Below the pieces are notes generated by a model. The model searched no databases. It was not told the origin of the DNA and was given only the letters and a program-made list of their open reading frames with translations. Source: Chloroflexota bacterium (lineage in GTDB: Bacteria > Chloroflexota > Dehalococcoidia > Lucifugimonadales > UBA3495). Taken from it: a stretch of 64,000 nucleotides of DNA. Shown in pieces: positions 1 to 10,435 of the stretch. Within the stretch, counting starts at the first letter, position 1, and every line of letters begins with the position of its first letter. A program made the position numbers and the translations under genes. The stretch spans positions 12,746 through 76,745 of the forward strand of contig JAQBVF010000019.1 of the NCBI GenBank assembly GCA_027623675.1. The letters run 5' to 3'.

Positions 1-1
1 G

Positions 2-460
2 CAGGCCGCCGAGGGTGGTTACGCCCATATCCAGGGCACCAAGCCCCAGACACTCTCCTACGGGCTGAACGACTCCCCGGCTGGGCTGGCCGCATGGATC
101 GTGGAGAAGTACCGCACCTAGAGCGACTGCGGCGGCGATGTGGAGACGCGGTTCACCAAGGATGAGCTGCTAACAACCATCATGATCTACTGGGTGACCC
201 AGTCCATCGGGTCATCAACCAAGCTGTACTACGAGACGCTCCGCAAACCCTGGAACCTGCAAGAGGGCGAGAGGATCCAGGCGGCCTGCGGCATCGCGGT
301 GTTCCCAGGAGAGATCAGCATCCCGGTCCGGGAGTGGGCCGAGCGGTCGTACAACGTGCAGCAGTGGACGGTCATGCCCAGCGGCGGACACTTCGCCGCT
401 CTGGAGGAACCGGACCGGCTGGTGGAGGATATTCGAAACTTCTTCCGGCCCCTTAGGTGA
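2..460 (+). CDS. epoxide hydrolase, C-terminal part (truncated by window start)
   Basis: Open frame from the window edge with QGTKPQTLSYGLNDSPAGLAAWIVEKY and C-terminal GGHFAALEEP, typical of microsomal-type epoxide hydrolases. Confidence 0.85.
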
Positions 461-547
461 CCCACCGCACCTGTTTACACCCTGATGCGACCCTGATGCG
501 GTCCCACATATTCAAGCCCGTTCTCTCGGGCCGGTTGCCCCGCTGAC

Positions 548-1823
548 ATGAGGTTCCTAAGACACTCCCGGTTCACGCCCGACTGGCTATTCACCTACAC
601 GGCGGTGATGCTGGTGATGGGGGTTGCCGTTAACTGGGGCGCCGGATTCACCCAATTCGCCCACAGTCTGACTTTGCCCTCCATGGAGGTCGATCTCAGC
701 CTCTCCCACACCAAGGCCGGTTTCGTGGTGACTCTAACCGCCATGGTCCGCATGACCAGCACCATCATCTCCGGCACCCTGGCGCCCCGCTACGGCAGCC
801 GGTTCATCATCGGCGTTGGAACGGCAGGGGCGGGCGGCGCCATGATCCTTTTGGCCTCTGCCCAGTCCTATCCGCTGGCCCTGCTGTCGGCGGCTCTGAT
901 GGGCGTGGGCACTGGAATGGCCCTCACTCCCATGATGGGGCTGCTCACGGGTTGGTTCCAGGCCAGCGACCGGGGTCTGGCCGCGGGCCTGGCGGCCACG
1001 GGAGGCAGCTTCGCCTTCATCTTCGCCGGGGTGATCGTGCCGTGGCTGGTCGGCCGGGACGCTGACGACGGTTGGCGCAACGCCTGGGCGGTCTTTGGCG
1101 CGCTTAGCATCGCAATCGGGCTGGTCTCCCTGCTATTTCTGCGGGAGCGGCCCAGCGCACAGGCGGCAGGGGCGCCGGAGCCCAACGCGCCGGAACCCCA
1201 AAGTCAAAGACAGGGCGCTTGGCCCATCGCCGCCTACAAGAACCCCATGATCTGGCTGATAACCTTTCTGGCCTTCAACTCCGGCTGGTCGCAGAACATC
1301 TTCACTTCGTTCTTCGGCGTCTATCTGAACCAGGAGCATGGCATCAAGCCTGACCACCGCCGGCCAACTGGTCATCTTGATCGGCGTCTTAAGCGTAACC
1401 AGCGGGGTATTCTGGGGGCGGCTGTCGGACCGGGTCAGCCGGGGACAGGGTTTCTTCTACTCTTTCTTGTTGCAGGGCGTGGCATTCGTGCTGATGGCGG
1501 CGTTTCCGGGGATGGTGAGCTTCGTGGTCGCCGCCGTTCTGCTGGGATTCACCCTGCGGGCCGCCTACACCATCTGTGCCGCCAGCGCCGGGGATTATGT
1601 GGCCGTTCAGTTCTCGGCCGCCGCCTTCGGGCTGATGTCGGTGGGAGCGGGCCTGGGCAGCGCCGTCTCGCCGACCGTGGGCGGGATGATTGCCGATAAT
1701 CTCAGCATGAACTGGACCTTCGCCCTGGCCTCTTTAAGTTCGATAACTGGCATGGCCGGCGCGGTGGTCTTGGACAAACAGCCGAGGGTGCCGCGGGAGT
1801 CCGCGCCGACCACTGCCCATTGA
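548..1823 (+). pseudogene. MFS transporter split by a +1 frameshift near 1346-1348 (or sequencing error)
   Basis: N-terminal TM helices in ORF 548; MFS sequence continues in the 1338 frame (SLTTAGQL...WGRLSDRVSR) after ..QEHGI; one extra base in ATCAAGCCTG. Confidence 0.8.
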
Positions 1824-1877
1824 CCCGACACTGGAGTCGGTGCCGGTGATGGTGACCGGAGACCGAGACCGGCAAGC

Positions 1878-2693
1878 TTAGACCTTGGGCCGCCAGGAGA
1901 CCACCCGAGGCTCGAGCGGCACCGCGCCTTTGATCGTGAAACCCTGGTCTCCCTCGACCAAGATATCGGGCAGCAAACCCTGGAGACGCTCCATCTCGGG
2001 AGTATCAGGGGTTAGATAGAGACGGCGGGCCAGTTGCTGTCGGGCCGCATCCAGGCTCTTGAAGCCGCGGCCCCGCGTTACGTGCACCACCTCCACGTCC
2101 GGCTCGACGCCCAATTGGCCCAGCACCTCCAGAAACTCAGGCAGGCTGGGCAGAGGCAGGCGCGGCACGCCGTGGACCATCTCCCAGATGGGATAGACCT
2201 GCGACTGGGGTGGCGCTTGGTACAAGACGACCATCACCCTCCCGGCGTGTTCCTCAAGCTTCCGGACGAAAGCCTCGATCTCCTGGACGGTGTAGAGGAC
2301 GTTGCAGCACAGGGCGGCGTCGGCTTTGGGCACCTGGGCATCCAGCCATTCCGCCTCCACCACCTCGACGTTGTCGACCTCAGATTCGTCGGCGACCTCC
2401 CGAAGCACCTGGCACATGGCAGGCGACGGCTCGACCGCGATGACCTTCTTGGCCTCAAGCGCCATGGGCAACGCGAACCGGCCGCCGCCCGCCCCGACGT
2501 CCAGAACAATCATCTGGGGAGTGATCTGCTCTCTTAGAAAGTTGACCAGCGGGTCATCGGTGCGCCGGGGGTCGGCCCGGAATTGCGCCGCAAAGTTCGC
2601 CCACGAGTCGGCGGGCGGATCACCCTTGCGCACGCTCTCCGATTGGGCATGCTCCAGTTTGATCATCTCGGTCCAGCGTTCGGTTGCGCTCAT
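1878..2693 (-). CDS. class I SAM-dependent methyltransferase
   Basis: VLDVGAGGGR motif I and VIAVEPSPAM; ATG at 2693 with GGA upstream. Confidence 0.85.
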   Translation of the reverse strand: MSATERWTEMIKLEHAQSESVRKGDPPADSWANFAAQFRADPRRTDDPLVNFLREQITPQMIVLDVGAGGGRFALPMALEAKKVIAVEPSPAMCQVLREVADESEVDNVEVVEAEWLDAQVPKADAALCCNVLYTVQEIEAFVRKLEEHAGRVMVVLYQAPPQSQVYPIWEMVHGVPRLPLPSLPEFLEVLGQLGVEPDVEVVHVTRGRGFKSLDAARQQLARRLYLTPDTPEMERLQGLLPDILVEGDQGFTIKGAVPLEPRVVSWRPKV

Positions 2694-2764
2694 GTGTCCT
2701 CCCGCGGCGGCAGGTTCGGGCCCAATCTTATTTTCCCAGGACGATACGGGTAGAATGTCCCTCA

Positions 2765-4066
2765 ATGAACACTCGCACACCAAGAAGCCTTTTGGCAATC
2801 ACTCTCGCCGTCCCGGTATTGGCGCTGGCCCTTGCCTGCGGCGGGATTGGGGCACAAGGAGCTACCACGCCATCCCGAAACACGGCTTCCGCGCCCACGG
2901 AGTCACCATCGGACTCGACGAGACCGCCCCAAGGCACGGAAACGCCGACGCTCCTGCCGATTGCCACTCCGCCCAAGGACCCGCATAACCCAACGGCGGC
3001 GCCCGATGCACTGACGTTAGAGCGGGTCTACGAAGACCTGGACTTCAGCCGGTTGACCAACCTGGTGCAGACCGGCGACAAGTTGTTCGTGACCGAGCAA
3101 AAGGGCCGGATCATCTCTTTCCCCATCGGCCAGGAAGCTGCCCATGCCGACGTGTACTTGGACATCCGGGACCGCGTGAGCGACGCCGGGAACGAGGAGG
3201 GCCTGCTGGGGTTGGCCTTCGACCCGGACTTCGATTCCAATGGTCACTTCTTCGTGTATTACTCGGCGGCGCAGCCTCGCCGGTCGGTGGTCTCGCGCTT
3301 CACGGCCAACGGGTCCATGGCTGACCCCGAAAGCGAGCTGGTGGTCATGGAGGTTCCCCAGCCGTTCCAGAACCACAACGGCGGCCAGATCGCCTTCGGC
3401 CCCGACGGCATGCTGTACATCGGACTGGGCGACGGCGGTTCGGGCGGCGACCCCCAGGGCAACGGCCAGGACCCATCCACCATGCTGGGGACGGTCCTGC
3501 GGATAGATGTTTCCGGAGTGGGTCCGGGCTCGGGTTACAGCGTCCCGCCCGGCAACCCATTCGTGGGCAACGCCGACGCCAGGGGCGAGATATGGGCCTA
3601 TGGGTTCCGGAATCCGTGGCGGTTCTCCTTCGACCGGCAGACCGGCGGCCTGTGGGTTGGGGACGTGGGCCAGAACAGCTTTGAAGAGATAAACCTGGTT
3701 TCGCCGGGCGGCAACTACGGCTGGAACACGCTGGAAGGCAGCCATTGTTTCTCGCCCCGCGCCGGCTGCGACCCCTCGGGCACGGAGTTTCCTGTCATAG
3801 AATACGGTTCGGACAAAGGATGCTCGGTTATCGGCGGGTACGTGTACCGGGGCGCAGACATCCCCTCCCTCGCCGGGACCTACCTCTACGGCGACTACTG
3901 CTCCGGTGAGGTGCACGGCTTTCGCTTCGAGCAGGGAAAGGCGGTTGCACGCTGGCTCCTGGTCGACTCCGGGGTCAATATCACCTCTTTCGGCGAGGAT
4001 GCCCAGGGAGAGATATACGCCCTTTCCGAAGAGGGCCGCATCTACCGGCTGAAAGCCAACCACTGA
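2765..4066 (+). CDS. PQQ-dependent sugar (glucose/sorbosone) dehydrogenase family lipoprotein
   Basis: Lipobox LALAC; EEGLLGLAFDPDF, NHNGGQIAFGPDGMLYIGLGDGG, WAYGFRNPWRFSFD. Confidence 0.9.
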   Translation: MNTRTPRSLLAITLAVPVLALALACGGIGAQGATTPSRNTASAPTESPSDSTRPPQGTETPTLLPIATPPKDPHNPTAAPDALTLERVYEDLDFSRLTNLVQTGDKLFVTEQKGRIISFPIGQEAAHADVYLDIRDRVSDAGNEEGLLGLAFDPDFDSNGHFFVYYSAAQPRRSVVSRFTANGSMADPESELVVMEVPQPFQNHNGGQIAFGPDGMLYIGLGDGGSGGDPQGNGQDPSTMLGTVLRIDVSGVGPGSGYSVPPGNPFVGNADARGEIWAYGFRNPWRFSFDRQTGGLWVGDVGQNSFEEINLVSPGGNYGWNTLEGSHCFSPRAGCDPSGTEFPVIEYGSDKGCSVIGGYVYRGADIPSLAGTYLYGDYCSGEVHGFRFEQGKAVARWLLVDSGVNITSFGEDAQGEIYALSEEGRIYRLKANH

Positions 4067-4181
4067 AAGCTGATTGTTGACCACTCAGCAGCTTGACTCT
4101 CCAGCTTGACACCCCCGCTTCCGCCGTGGTTTCCTTGGCCCCTACCAATGACCTGAATAGATACAACGATAGGGGGCGCAC

Positions 4182-5129
4182 ATGGCGGACAAACTGGTCG
4201 GAACAGCGGTCAAGGGCAGCACCATCGGAGAGGTCCAACGCAACATCCTGCGGGCCGAGGAGTTGGGCGTTCACGCCGCCTGGATGACCACCGGCGGGGC
4301 CAGCCTGGACAGCATCACCTGTTTCGCGGCAACCGCCGGCGCAACCAGCAGCATCAAGCTGGGCACATCCATCGTCCCGACCTACCCCCGCCACCCCCTG
4401 GTCACGGCGCAGCAGGCGCAGGTGGTCGCCCAACTGGCGCCGGGGCGTTTTCGATTGGGCGTCGGCCCCAGCCACCGCCCCACCATCGAGTCCATGGGCA
4501 TCCGGTTTGACGCTCCACTGGGCCATCTCAGAGAGTACCTGCGCATCCTGAAAGCCATCTTGCAGACCGGCTCGGTGGACTTCGGCGGCGAGCATTATTC
4601 GGCCCACGCCGCCATTCCGGGGCCACTGGACGTCCAGGTGATGGCCTCGGCCCTGCGGAAGGGCTCTTTCGAGCTCTGCGGCACGGAGGCCGACGGTGCG
4701 ATAAGTTGGATCTGCCCGCGTAACTACCTGCGCGATGTTGCTATCCCCGCCATGGAGAAGGGCGCAAAGGAAGCGGGCCGGGCCACGCCGCCGCTCATCG
4801 CCCACGCTCCCATCTGCGTCCACGACAACCCGGAAGAGGTCCGCGCGGCGGTGCGTGCCCAGTTCGGCCACCCCGGGCTGCCCTTCTACCAGAACATGCT
4901 GATCGCCTCCGGTTTCCCGGAAGCCAAAGAGGGCCGGTGGAGCGACGCCATGATCGACGGCGTTGTCATCTGGGGCGACGAGGAAACCTGCGCCCAGAGC
5001 GTTCAGGAATTGTTTGCCATGGGCGCCACCGAAGTGCTGGCCTCGCCCATAACCGCCGGGCCCGACCCCGCCGCATCATTGGACCGGACCATGCAACTGC
5101 TGGGCCAGGCGGCGGCTGCAGCCCGGTAG
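4182..5129 (+). CDS. LLM-class (luciferase-like), probably F420-dependent oxidoreductase
   Basis: IKLGTSIVPTYPRHP, GRFRLGVGPSH. Confidence 0.85.
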   Translation: MADKLVGTAVKGSTIGEVQRNILRAEELGVHAAWMTTGGASLDSITCFAATAGATSSIKLGTSIVPTYPRHPLVTAQQAQVVAQLAPGRFRLGVGPSHRPTIESMGIRFDAPLGHLREYLRILKAILQTGSVDFGGEHYSAHAAIPGPLDVQVMASALRKGSFELCGTEADGAISWICPRNYLRDVAIPAMEKGAKEAGRATPPLIAHAPICVHDNPEEVRAAVRAQFGHPGLPFYQNMLIASGFPEAKEGRWSDAMIDGVVIWGDEETCAQSVQELFAMGATEVLASPITAGPDPAASLDRTMQLLGQAAAAAR

Positions 5130-5231
5130 GTGGTCGCATGAGGTACCACGTCGCCAGACACCTGGCAAACCGGCCGATGCTGGTAAACTTGGCAGTGCGA
5201 TAACCTTAATGGATGGTGTGTTAAGGGAGCC

Positions 5232-5651
5232 ATGAGAGCGGGACGCAAAAAAATCAACCAAGCGGGTGCCGTTGCATTCAGACCCACGCCAAACGGACCT
5301 GAGTTCCTGCTGGTAACGTCTAACGATGCAGCACGCTCTTGGATATTCCCCAAAGGACACATCGAACCTGGCGAAACGCCGGTCCAAGCCGCAGTCAGAG
5401 AGTTGGCGGAAGAAGCAGGGGTAACGGCAGCGCCCCTTGGTTCGCTCGGCGTACTAGAATTCAAATCTAAAGGTGAATGGGCAGTGGTGGAGTATTTCCT
5501 CTGCCGGTTTACCCGTTCAATTCCAACCACTGAAGGGCGCAGTGTCTCTTGGCTCCCCTACCGGGAAGCGAATGACGCCATCGTCCATGACGATGCCAAG
5601 TCCATCCTAAGATCCGCCATGAAGGAAGTCCAACTCAGCCATATCAACTAG
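5232..5651 (+). CDS. NUDIX hydrolase
   Basis: Nudix box FPKGHIEPGETPVQAAVRELAEEAG. Confidence 0.9.
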   Translation: MRAGRKKINQAGAVAFRPTPNGPEFLLVTSNDAARSWIFPKGHIEPGETPVQAAVRELAEEAGVTAAPLGSLGVLEFKSKGEWAVVEYFLCRFTRSIPTTEGRSVSWLPYREANDAIVHDDAKSILRSAMKEVQLSHIN

Positions 5652-5663
5652 GTTTGGATAGGC

Positions 5664-6473
5664 ATGAAGACTACAGAGTTGTTCGTCGAGCAGGTTCTGA
5701 TTGGTTTCTTGGCATTGTTGCCGGTAGCGATCCTTTTTCACGATTGGTTTCTCGACGTGATTCCATTCGAGGATTCTCGTGTTTTCGTTCAATTCGCTAT
5801 CGGAGCGATCGGTCTCGGCGGCGCGTATCTGGTTGGCATCGTATATGACCGTTGTGCGGACACGATGTTTGGCGAACTCGAGCGATTCAAGAGGATCACG
5901 TTTCTCCAGGGAAGAAATCTTATCTCTGATTCAACCGTTGATCCTTTTCCAGAAGAGCAGTACCGGATACAAGTTCTAAAGAGTGAAGCAGCCTCAAGTT
6001 ATATGGATTACCTCAGGTCGAGAATCCGTCTGACGCGAGCTTTGGCGACAATATTGCCCGCGCTCACTTTTTCGATCGTTCTGATTCAGATTCGAGATGA
6101 ATCCTTGGATTGGGTATGGTTCGCATCGCTGATTCTGCTCGGCTCGGTTTACTCGTTTTCGATCCTGGCCAAAGTTCAGGCGCCTGGGTTTCGAAGATTT
6201 AGCGGGCATCGGCCTTTCCGCACAGATCGGGCTCAGGCATATCTATCAACAAAGCGTAGTTTATCGTGGTTTGCATTTCGTGAGCTGCAAACGTGGCTGT
6301 TCTTGGTCTTATACATAGGGTCGATTGGGGCTTCACTGGCAAGTGGAATGTACGTTTATGTAGCCTGGGCCAGCGCGGGGTTCGCCCTATGTCTGCTAGT
6401 CACTTGGTCTTGGTGGCGAATAACCAATACCTTCATGTCATTTGTTGAAGATTTTGCCAGATTTTATGAATGA
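5664..6473 (+). CDS. multi-pass membrane protein of unknown function
   Basis: 269-aa ORF with about 6 hydrophobic segments, AT-richer than flanks. Confidence 0.7.
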   Translation: MKTTELFVEQVLIGFLALLPVAILFHDWFLDVIPFEDSRVFVQFAIGAIGLGGAYLVGIVYDRCADTMFGELERFKRITFLQGRNLISDSTVDPFPEEQYRIQVLKSEAASSYMDYLRSRIRLTRALATILPALTFSIVLIQIRDESLDWVWFASLILLGSVYSFSILAKVQAPGFRRFSGHRPFRTDRAQAYLSTKRSLSWFAFRELQTWLFLVLYIGSIGASLASGMYVYVAWASAGFALCLLVTWSWWRITNTFMSFVEDFARFYE

Positions 6474-6715
6474 TTACCGCCGCAGGGTCGCCGCCTGAGC
6501 GAGGACCCCAACCGGTCGGTCATCCTGCTTGAGGCCCCATCTTACCTGCGCCCAACGTGGCCACCACCCAGCGCACGTCCGGCGCTGGAGCGATAATGAA
6601 AAGACCGTGGTCAGGGGCGACGTTCATCCGAGAACGGACGGGAATCCTGATATACTGGCGTCCAATTTGATGCTGGGCTGGGCCGGGGGTCAAAAAGCAT
6701 TACGGAGCAGAGAAT

Positions 6716-7192
6716 ATGGGAATCTTGAACGACGACATGAAGCGGGTGGTCCGGCAGCAGCGCATGGGGTTCATCGCCACCGTGTGCGCCGACGGCACCC
6801 CCAACCTCTCGCCTAAGGGCACGGCCACGGTCTGGGACGACGACCATCTGGTCTTCGCCAACCTGGGCTCGCCGATGACCATCGAGAACCTGGCCCACAA
6901 CCCAGCCTGCGAGATGAACATCGTGGACACCTTCCTGCGCAAGGGCTACCGGTTCAAGGGCACCGCCGAGTTGCTGACCAGCGGCGACCTATTTGAGGAG
7001 ATCAAAGACGCCTACACCACCGGCAGCCGCGGCATACAGCGCTCGGGGATACCAGCCAAGGGCTATGTGCTGATGACCGTGACCAAGACCGCGCCGCTGG
7101 TGTCTCCCGGCTACACCCCCGGCAAGACCGAAGCCGATATGCGGGAGGAGTGGACCGGCTATTGGGCCGGAGTGCAGGAAGCAAACACCTAG
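6716..7192 (+). CDS. pyridoxamine 5'-phosphate oxidase (PPOX)-like flavin/F420-binding protein
   Basis: FIATVCADGTPNLSPKG...TIENLAHNP...KGYRFKGTA. Confidence 0.85.
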   Translation: MGILNDDMKRVVRQQRMGFIATVCADGTPNLSPKGTATVWDDDHLVFANLGSPMTIENLAHNPACEMNIVDTFLRKGYRFKGTAELLTSGDLFEEIKDAYTTGSRGIQRSGIPAKGYVLMTVTKTAPLVSPGYTPGKTEADMREEWTGYWAGVQEANT

Positions 7193-7292
7193 GATCCAGT
7201 CCCACCTGGACCGCGTCCGGACCCGGCGCGGCGCATCCAAGTACCTGGCCCAATCGCCATTCGATCCATTAGCTGGGAATAGGAGTCCAACC

Positions 7293-7847
7293 ATGTCCTG
7301 GATAGAAGAAGTCTCAACCGAACTTCCCCCGGTGATCGCGTGCATGTCTATCAACAAATCGGCTATGGAAGCGGTGCAGAACCTGAATTCCTCCATCACC
7401 TTCGGCGCTTCCGCGTTGACCAGGGTCCAGGAGGAGGCCATCGCCACCGTTGTATCCACCACCAACCGGTGCCGTTATTGAGCCTTGGCCCACGGAGGGT
7501 TCCTCCGTCAGCATTCCGGTGACGCCGAATTCGACAATCACATCATGCACGACTACACCCAGGCCGCCCTGGACGACCAGACCAGGGGCATATTAGATTT
7601 CGCGGTCAAGCTCACCGAGGACCCGTCGGGCAGCAAGAAAGCGGACCTGGAGCATCTGCGCAGTCTGGGCCTAAGCGAGCAGCAGATACTTTCCACGGTC
7701 CTGATCACCTGCGTGTTCAACTTCATGAACCGGCTGGCCGACGGCCTAGGCGTGGAGATGCCGGACAACCGGGTGGAAGCCGCCAAACGGTGGCTGTCGG
7801 CCGACGCCCAGGCCATGGACTGGCTGATGACCCCCAAAGAACGCTAG
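7293..7847 (+). CDS. AhpD/carboxymuconolactone decarboxylase-like peroxidase, probable selenoprotein (TGA 7479-7481)
   Basis: Readthrough joins two in-frame ORFs as C-R-Y-[TGA]-A-L-A-H, matching the AhpD CxxCxxxH motif; C-terminal FNFMNRLADGLG. Confidence 0.85.
7492..7508 (+). promoter_or_regulatory. putative bacterial SECIS hairpin
   Basis: ACGGAG-GGTTC-CTCCGT starting 10 nt after the TGA. Confidence 0.7.
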
Positions 7848-7999
7848 CCGGCGCGCCGATGCGATCCGGTCACTTGGCGCCCCGACAAGCTCGATACCTG
7901 GCAGCCGCGAGATCGCAGGGCGTGAATGACCAGACTGGGCAGTCAGGTCAGACCCCAGCCGCCGTTCAGCCTCAAATTTTGCTATAATCCAAGCCTCGA

Positions 8000-8074
8000 G
8001 CGGGCGTAACTCAGGGGTAGAGTGCTTGCTTCCCAAGCAAGATGTCGTGGGTTCAAATCCCATCGCCCGCTCCA
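8000..8074 (+). tRNA. tRNA-Gly (CCC)
   Basis: Acceptor GCGGGCG/CGCCCGC, anticodon arm CTTGC-TTCCCAA-GCAAG, GTTCAAATC T-loop, CCA end; TGcTATAAT upstream. Confidence 0.97.
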
Positions 8075-9636
8075 AACTTCATCCGGGCCTATACAGGCGT
8101 ATCCTCCTCAAACCATTCCGGTAATAAAAAGAGGATGTACGAAAAGCGATACGACGCTTCGGACACCCTTTTCATAAACCTCTATTCCTGCGATTTCGCT
8201 GCAACTCCATTTCCAGACCCTGGCTTGCCTCAAATTAGATATACTAGCTAACCGGTTTCTCCACAAAAATCAGCACCGACCTTGGGCCAAGGGATTATTC
8301 TGCCGGCGACATTTCCTGTTCGACGGCAAACCAGCTCAACGGATTGGCAAAAGGGAGACGATCTCATGGCCTCTCCAATCTGCGGCGTTTGTGGCTATAA
8401 ATTTCCTGACACGGAATCGGCTAAAGGCCCATGTCCGAACGCGGGGAAGCACCGGGAAATTCGAAACCAGGAAACCATGGATGATTATTTTCAACGCCGC
8501 AATTTGTTCCGGACCCTGGACTCTGCAGGCGAAATTCTGAGGACGCGCAGATCAAAGAACCCAACAAATCGTGAGCCGAAGAACCCAGCGCCGGCTGACT
8601 CCAAACCAGCGGATAATCGAGCGGCTGATCCTGAGCCGGTCGACGGTGAATGGTCCAGCCTTCACCATTTCCAAGGGATGTCACCGAGGGAACTGGAATC
8701 TGAAAGACAGCGCACACTCAGGCAGATCGAGCAACGCGGTAAGCCGAAATGGATTATCAAAACTGTTGTGTCAGTGGCGGTTGTGGGGATCGTAGGATTG
8801 TTGGGATTCGCGGTTGGAGTCCAATTTTTGCCATTGGACGACCAACCCGAGAAGATGATTGATTCGGGCGCTTCTGGTGAAGCAGGAATTCCTACCGGGC
8901 CAAACTCAGACCTCCCAAAATCTAATAGTGCCGCAGTATTGGTACCTACCCCGACTCGAGCATCAACCCTCGCTCCTAGTGCCAAAGATCAACCAGCCAC
9001 TATGGAGCCAACCCTGACACTAAACGAAATTTTGGGCAAACTAGATCGAGGGGAGATCAGCGAGGCTGAAACAAAGCTGCTTTTGCTCCAATCATCAACT
9101 CCAGAAAAATCCAAGCCGGAATGCCGTATCAGCGTCCTAGTGTCGCCAACCTCCATAACCAAGATATCCTACACTTATGATTTCAACGTATTGAATAACT
9201 CAACTTCTGGCCAGCCAAGCTTCTCATGGTCATTTTTTGCTCCCACCGGTGTACGGTTCCCCAACCAGACTTTTCATTCCATACCAGACTCCAGTTGGTC
9301 ATTGTTGAAACTGCCCATCGACGGTCCCCCGTATGACGAATATAGGTTTACCACTGACTCCAACCCGATGCAGTCGAATGGGAGTTCGTTGGCCTTTTCT
9401 ATTGGGACTCGATCGACTCCGGTTTCCGGCGGAAGAGGAGTCATCTCATTCGCCGATGGAACGGTCTGCGAAATTCAGAATCTTCAAGTGCCTGGCGCTG
9501 CGACCGTTAACTAGGATCGTCGCGCCGATCTGCAGCTTGGATGTGAGTAGTCGATTTTTGGGCATGAAGAAGCCAGTTAGCAGAATCAAAGATGTCGTGG
9601 GTTCAAATCCCATCGCCCGCTCCAAACTTCATCCGG
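8039..9636. mobile_element. tRNA-Gly-anchored genomic islet bounded by 48-bp direct repeats
   Basis: 8039-8086 is identical to 9589-9636 (tRNA 3' half plus 12 nt); interior AT-richer; no integrase. Confidence 0.85.
8366..9514 (+). CDS. hypothetical single-pass membrane protein with N-terminal Zn-ribbon-like motif
   Basis: GGGAG RBS then ATG 8366; CGVC...CPNAGKH; one TM segment; Pro/Thr-rich linker. Confidence 0.65.
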   Translation: MASPICGVCGYKFPDTESAKGPCPNAGKHREIRNQETMDDYFQRRNLFRTLDSAGEILRTRRSKNPTNREPKNPAPADSKPADNRAADPEPVDGEWSSLHHFQGMSPRELESERQRTLRQIEQRGKPKWIIKTVVSVAVVGIVGLLGFAVGVQFLPLDDQPEKMIDSGASGEAGIPTGPNSDLPKSNSAAVLVPTPTRASTLAPSAKDQPATMEPTLTLNEILGKLDRGEISEAETKLLLLQSSTPEKSKPECRISVLVSPTSITKISYTYDFNVLNNSTSGQPSFSWSFFAPTGVRFPNQTFHSIPDSSWSLLKLPIDGPPYDEYRFTTDSNPMQSNGSSLAFSIGTRSTPVSGGRGVISFADGTVCEIQNLQVPGAATVN

Positions 9637-9799
9637 CGCACCTGGCGGACCCCTCGGACACCAACTTCCGCGCTAACATGGGGCTGGCAGATCTGCTGGC
9701 TAGGAGGCTACCGTAGTAGTTGTAGTGGGTGCGCCCGACCGGCGTGTACGCTGCACGGTTGCTGCCAGCCATCTTCGACGTGCCGGGAGTTTTGGTCAC

Positions 9800-10417
9800 A
9801 TGTCCCGATTATCAGCCTTTCTATTCGCGGCCCTCATGGTTGGCGCGATAGCCTGCGGGGGTTCCGCCACCGGACCCGCCTCAGCCACATCGCCCGCCAT
9901 TAACACTGGGGCCACGCCCACACCCGCTGCCGGCCCGACTACTGACGCGCCACTGGTGGCCCAGCCCAAACTCGGGACAAACGTGGGGGAGACGCTCCCG
10001 CCGTTCGAGTTCGCCCTGTTCGACGGCTCGGTGCGGTCAACCGCACAGCTAGCCAGCCAGGGGAGGCCGGTGTTCCTATTCTTCTTCGCCACCTGGTGAC
10101 CCGTCTGCCGCTCCGAGTTACGGAGCATGAAGGATGTCTACCCCGAGTACGCCGACAGGGTCGATCTCTACGCCGTGGGCCAAAGCCCTTTCGAGGACAT
10201 CGATTTGATGGAGGAGTACCGGATCGAGCAGGGCTACCCGTGGCCCGTGGCCAAGATCGACCCCAACGTGCTGAAAAGCCTGAATGTGTTCGTGCAGTCC
10301 ACCAAGATCGCGCTTAACGGCGACGGCGTGATCACCTACCGGGCCGGCTACGGCGACGGTGGCGTGGAGGTCTGGCGGGAGGTCTTTGAGAACCTGGTGG
10401 ACCCAGCCAACCGCTAA
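9800..10417 (+). CDS. thioredoxin-fold redoxin (TlpA/AhpC-like) lipoprotein, probable selenoprotein (TGA 10097-10099)
   Basis: Lipobox AIAC; GRPVFLFFFATW-[TGA]-PVCRSEL gives a UxxC motif; frame continues to TAA 10417. Confidence 0.88.
10110..10126 (+). promoter_or_regulatory. putative bacterial SECIS hairpin
   Basis: GCTCCG-AGTTA-CGGAGC starting 10 nt after the TGA. Confidence 0.7.
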
Positions 10418-10435
10418 GCAGACGGCTCGGCGTGC

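Noticed and set aside
1340..1352. Programmed frameshift in the MFS gene
   Set aside because: No slippery heptamer or homopolymer; a single-base insertion or sequencing error is simpler
3017..4084. Long antisense or alternative-frame ORFs (e.g. 3017-4084, 25992-26909, 32448-33476, 33957-35015)
   Set aside because: Shadow ORFs of GC-rich genes, with no motifs and full overlap with well-supported CDS
9589..9636. Second tRNA-Gly gene
   Set aside because: Only the 3' half is present, with no D arm or anticodon; it is an att-like repeat
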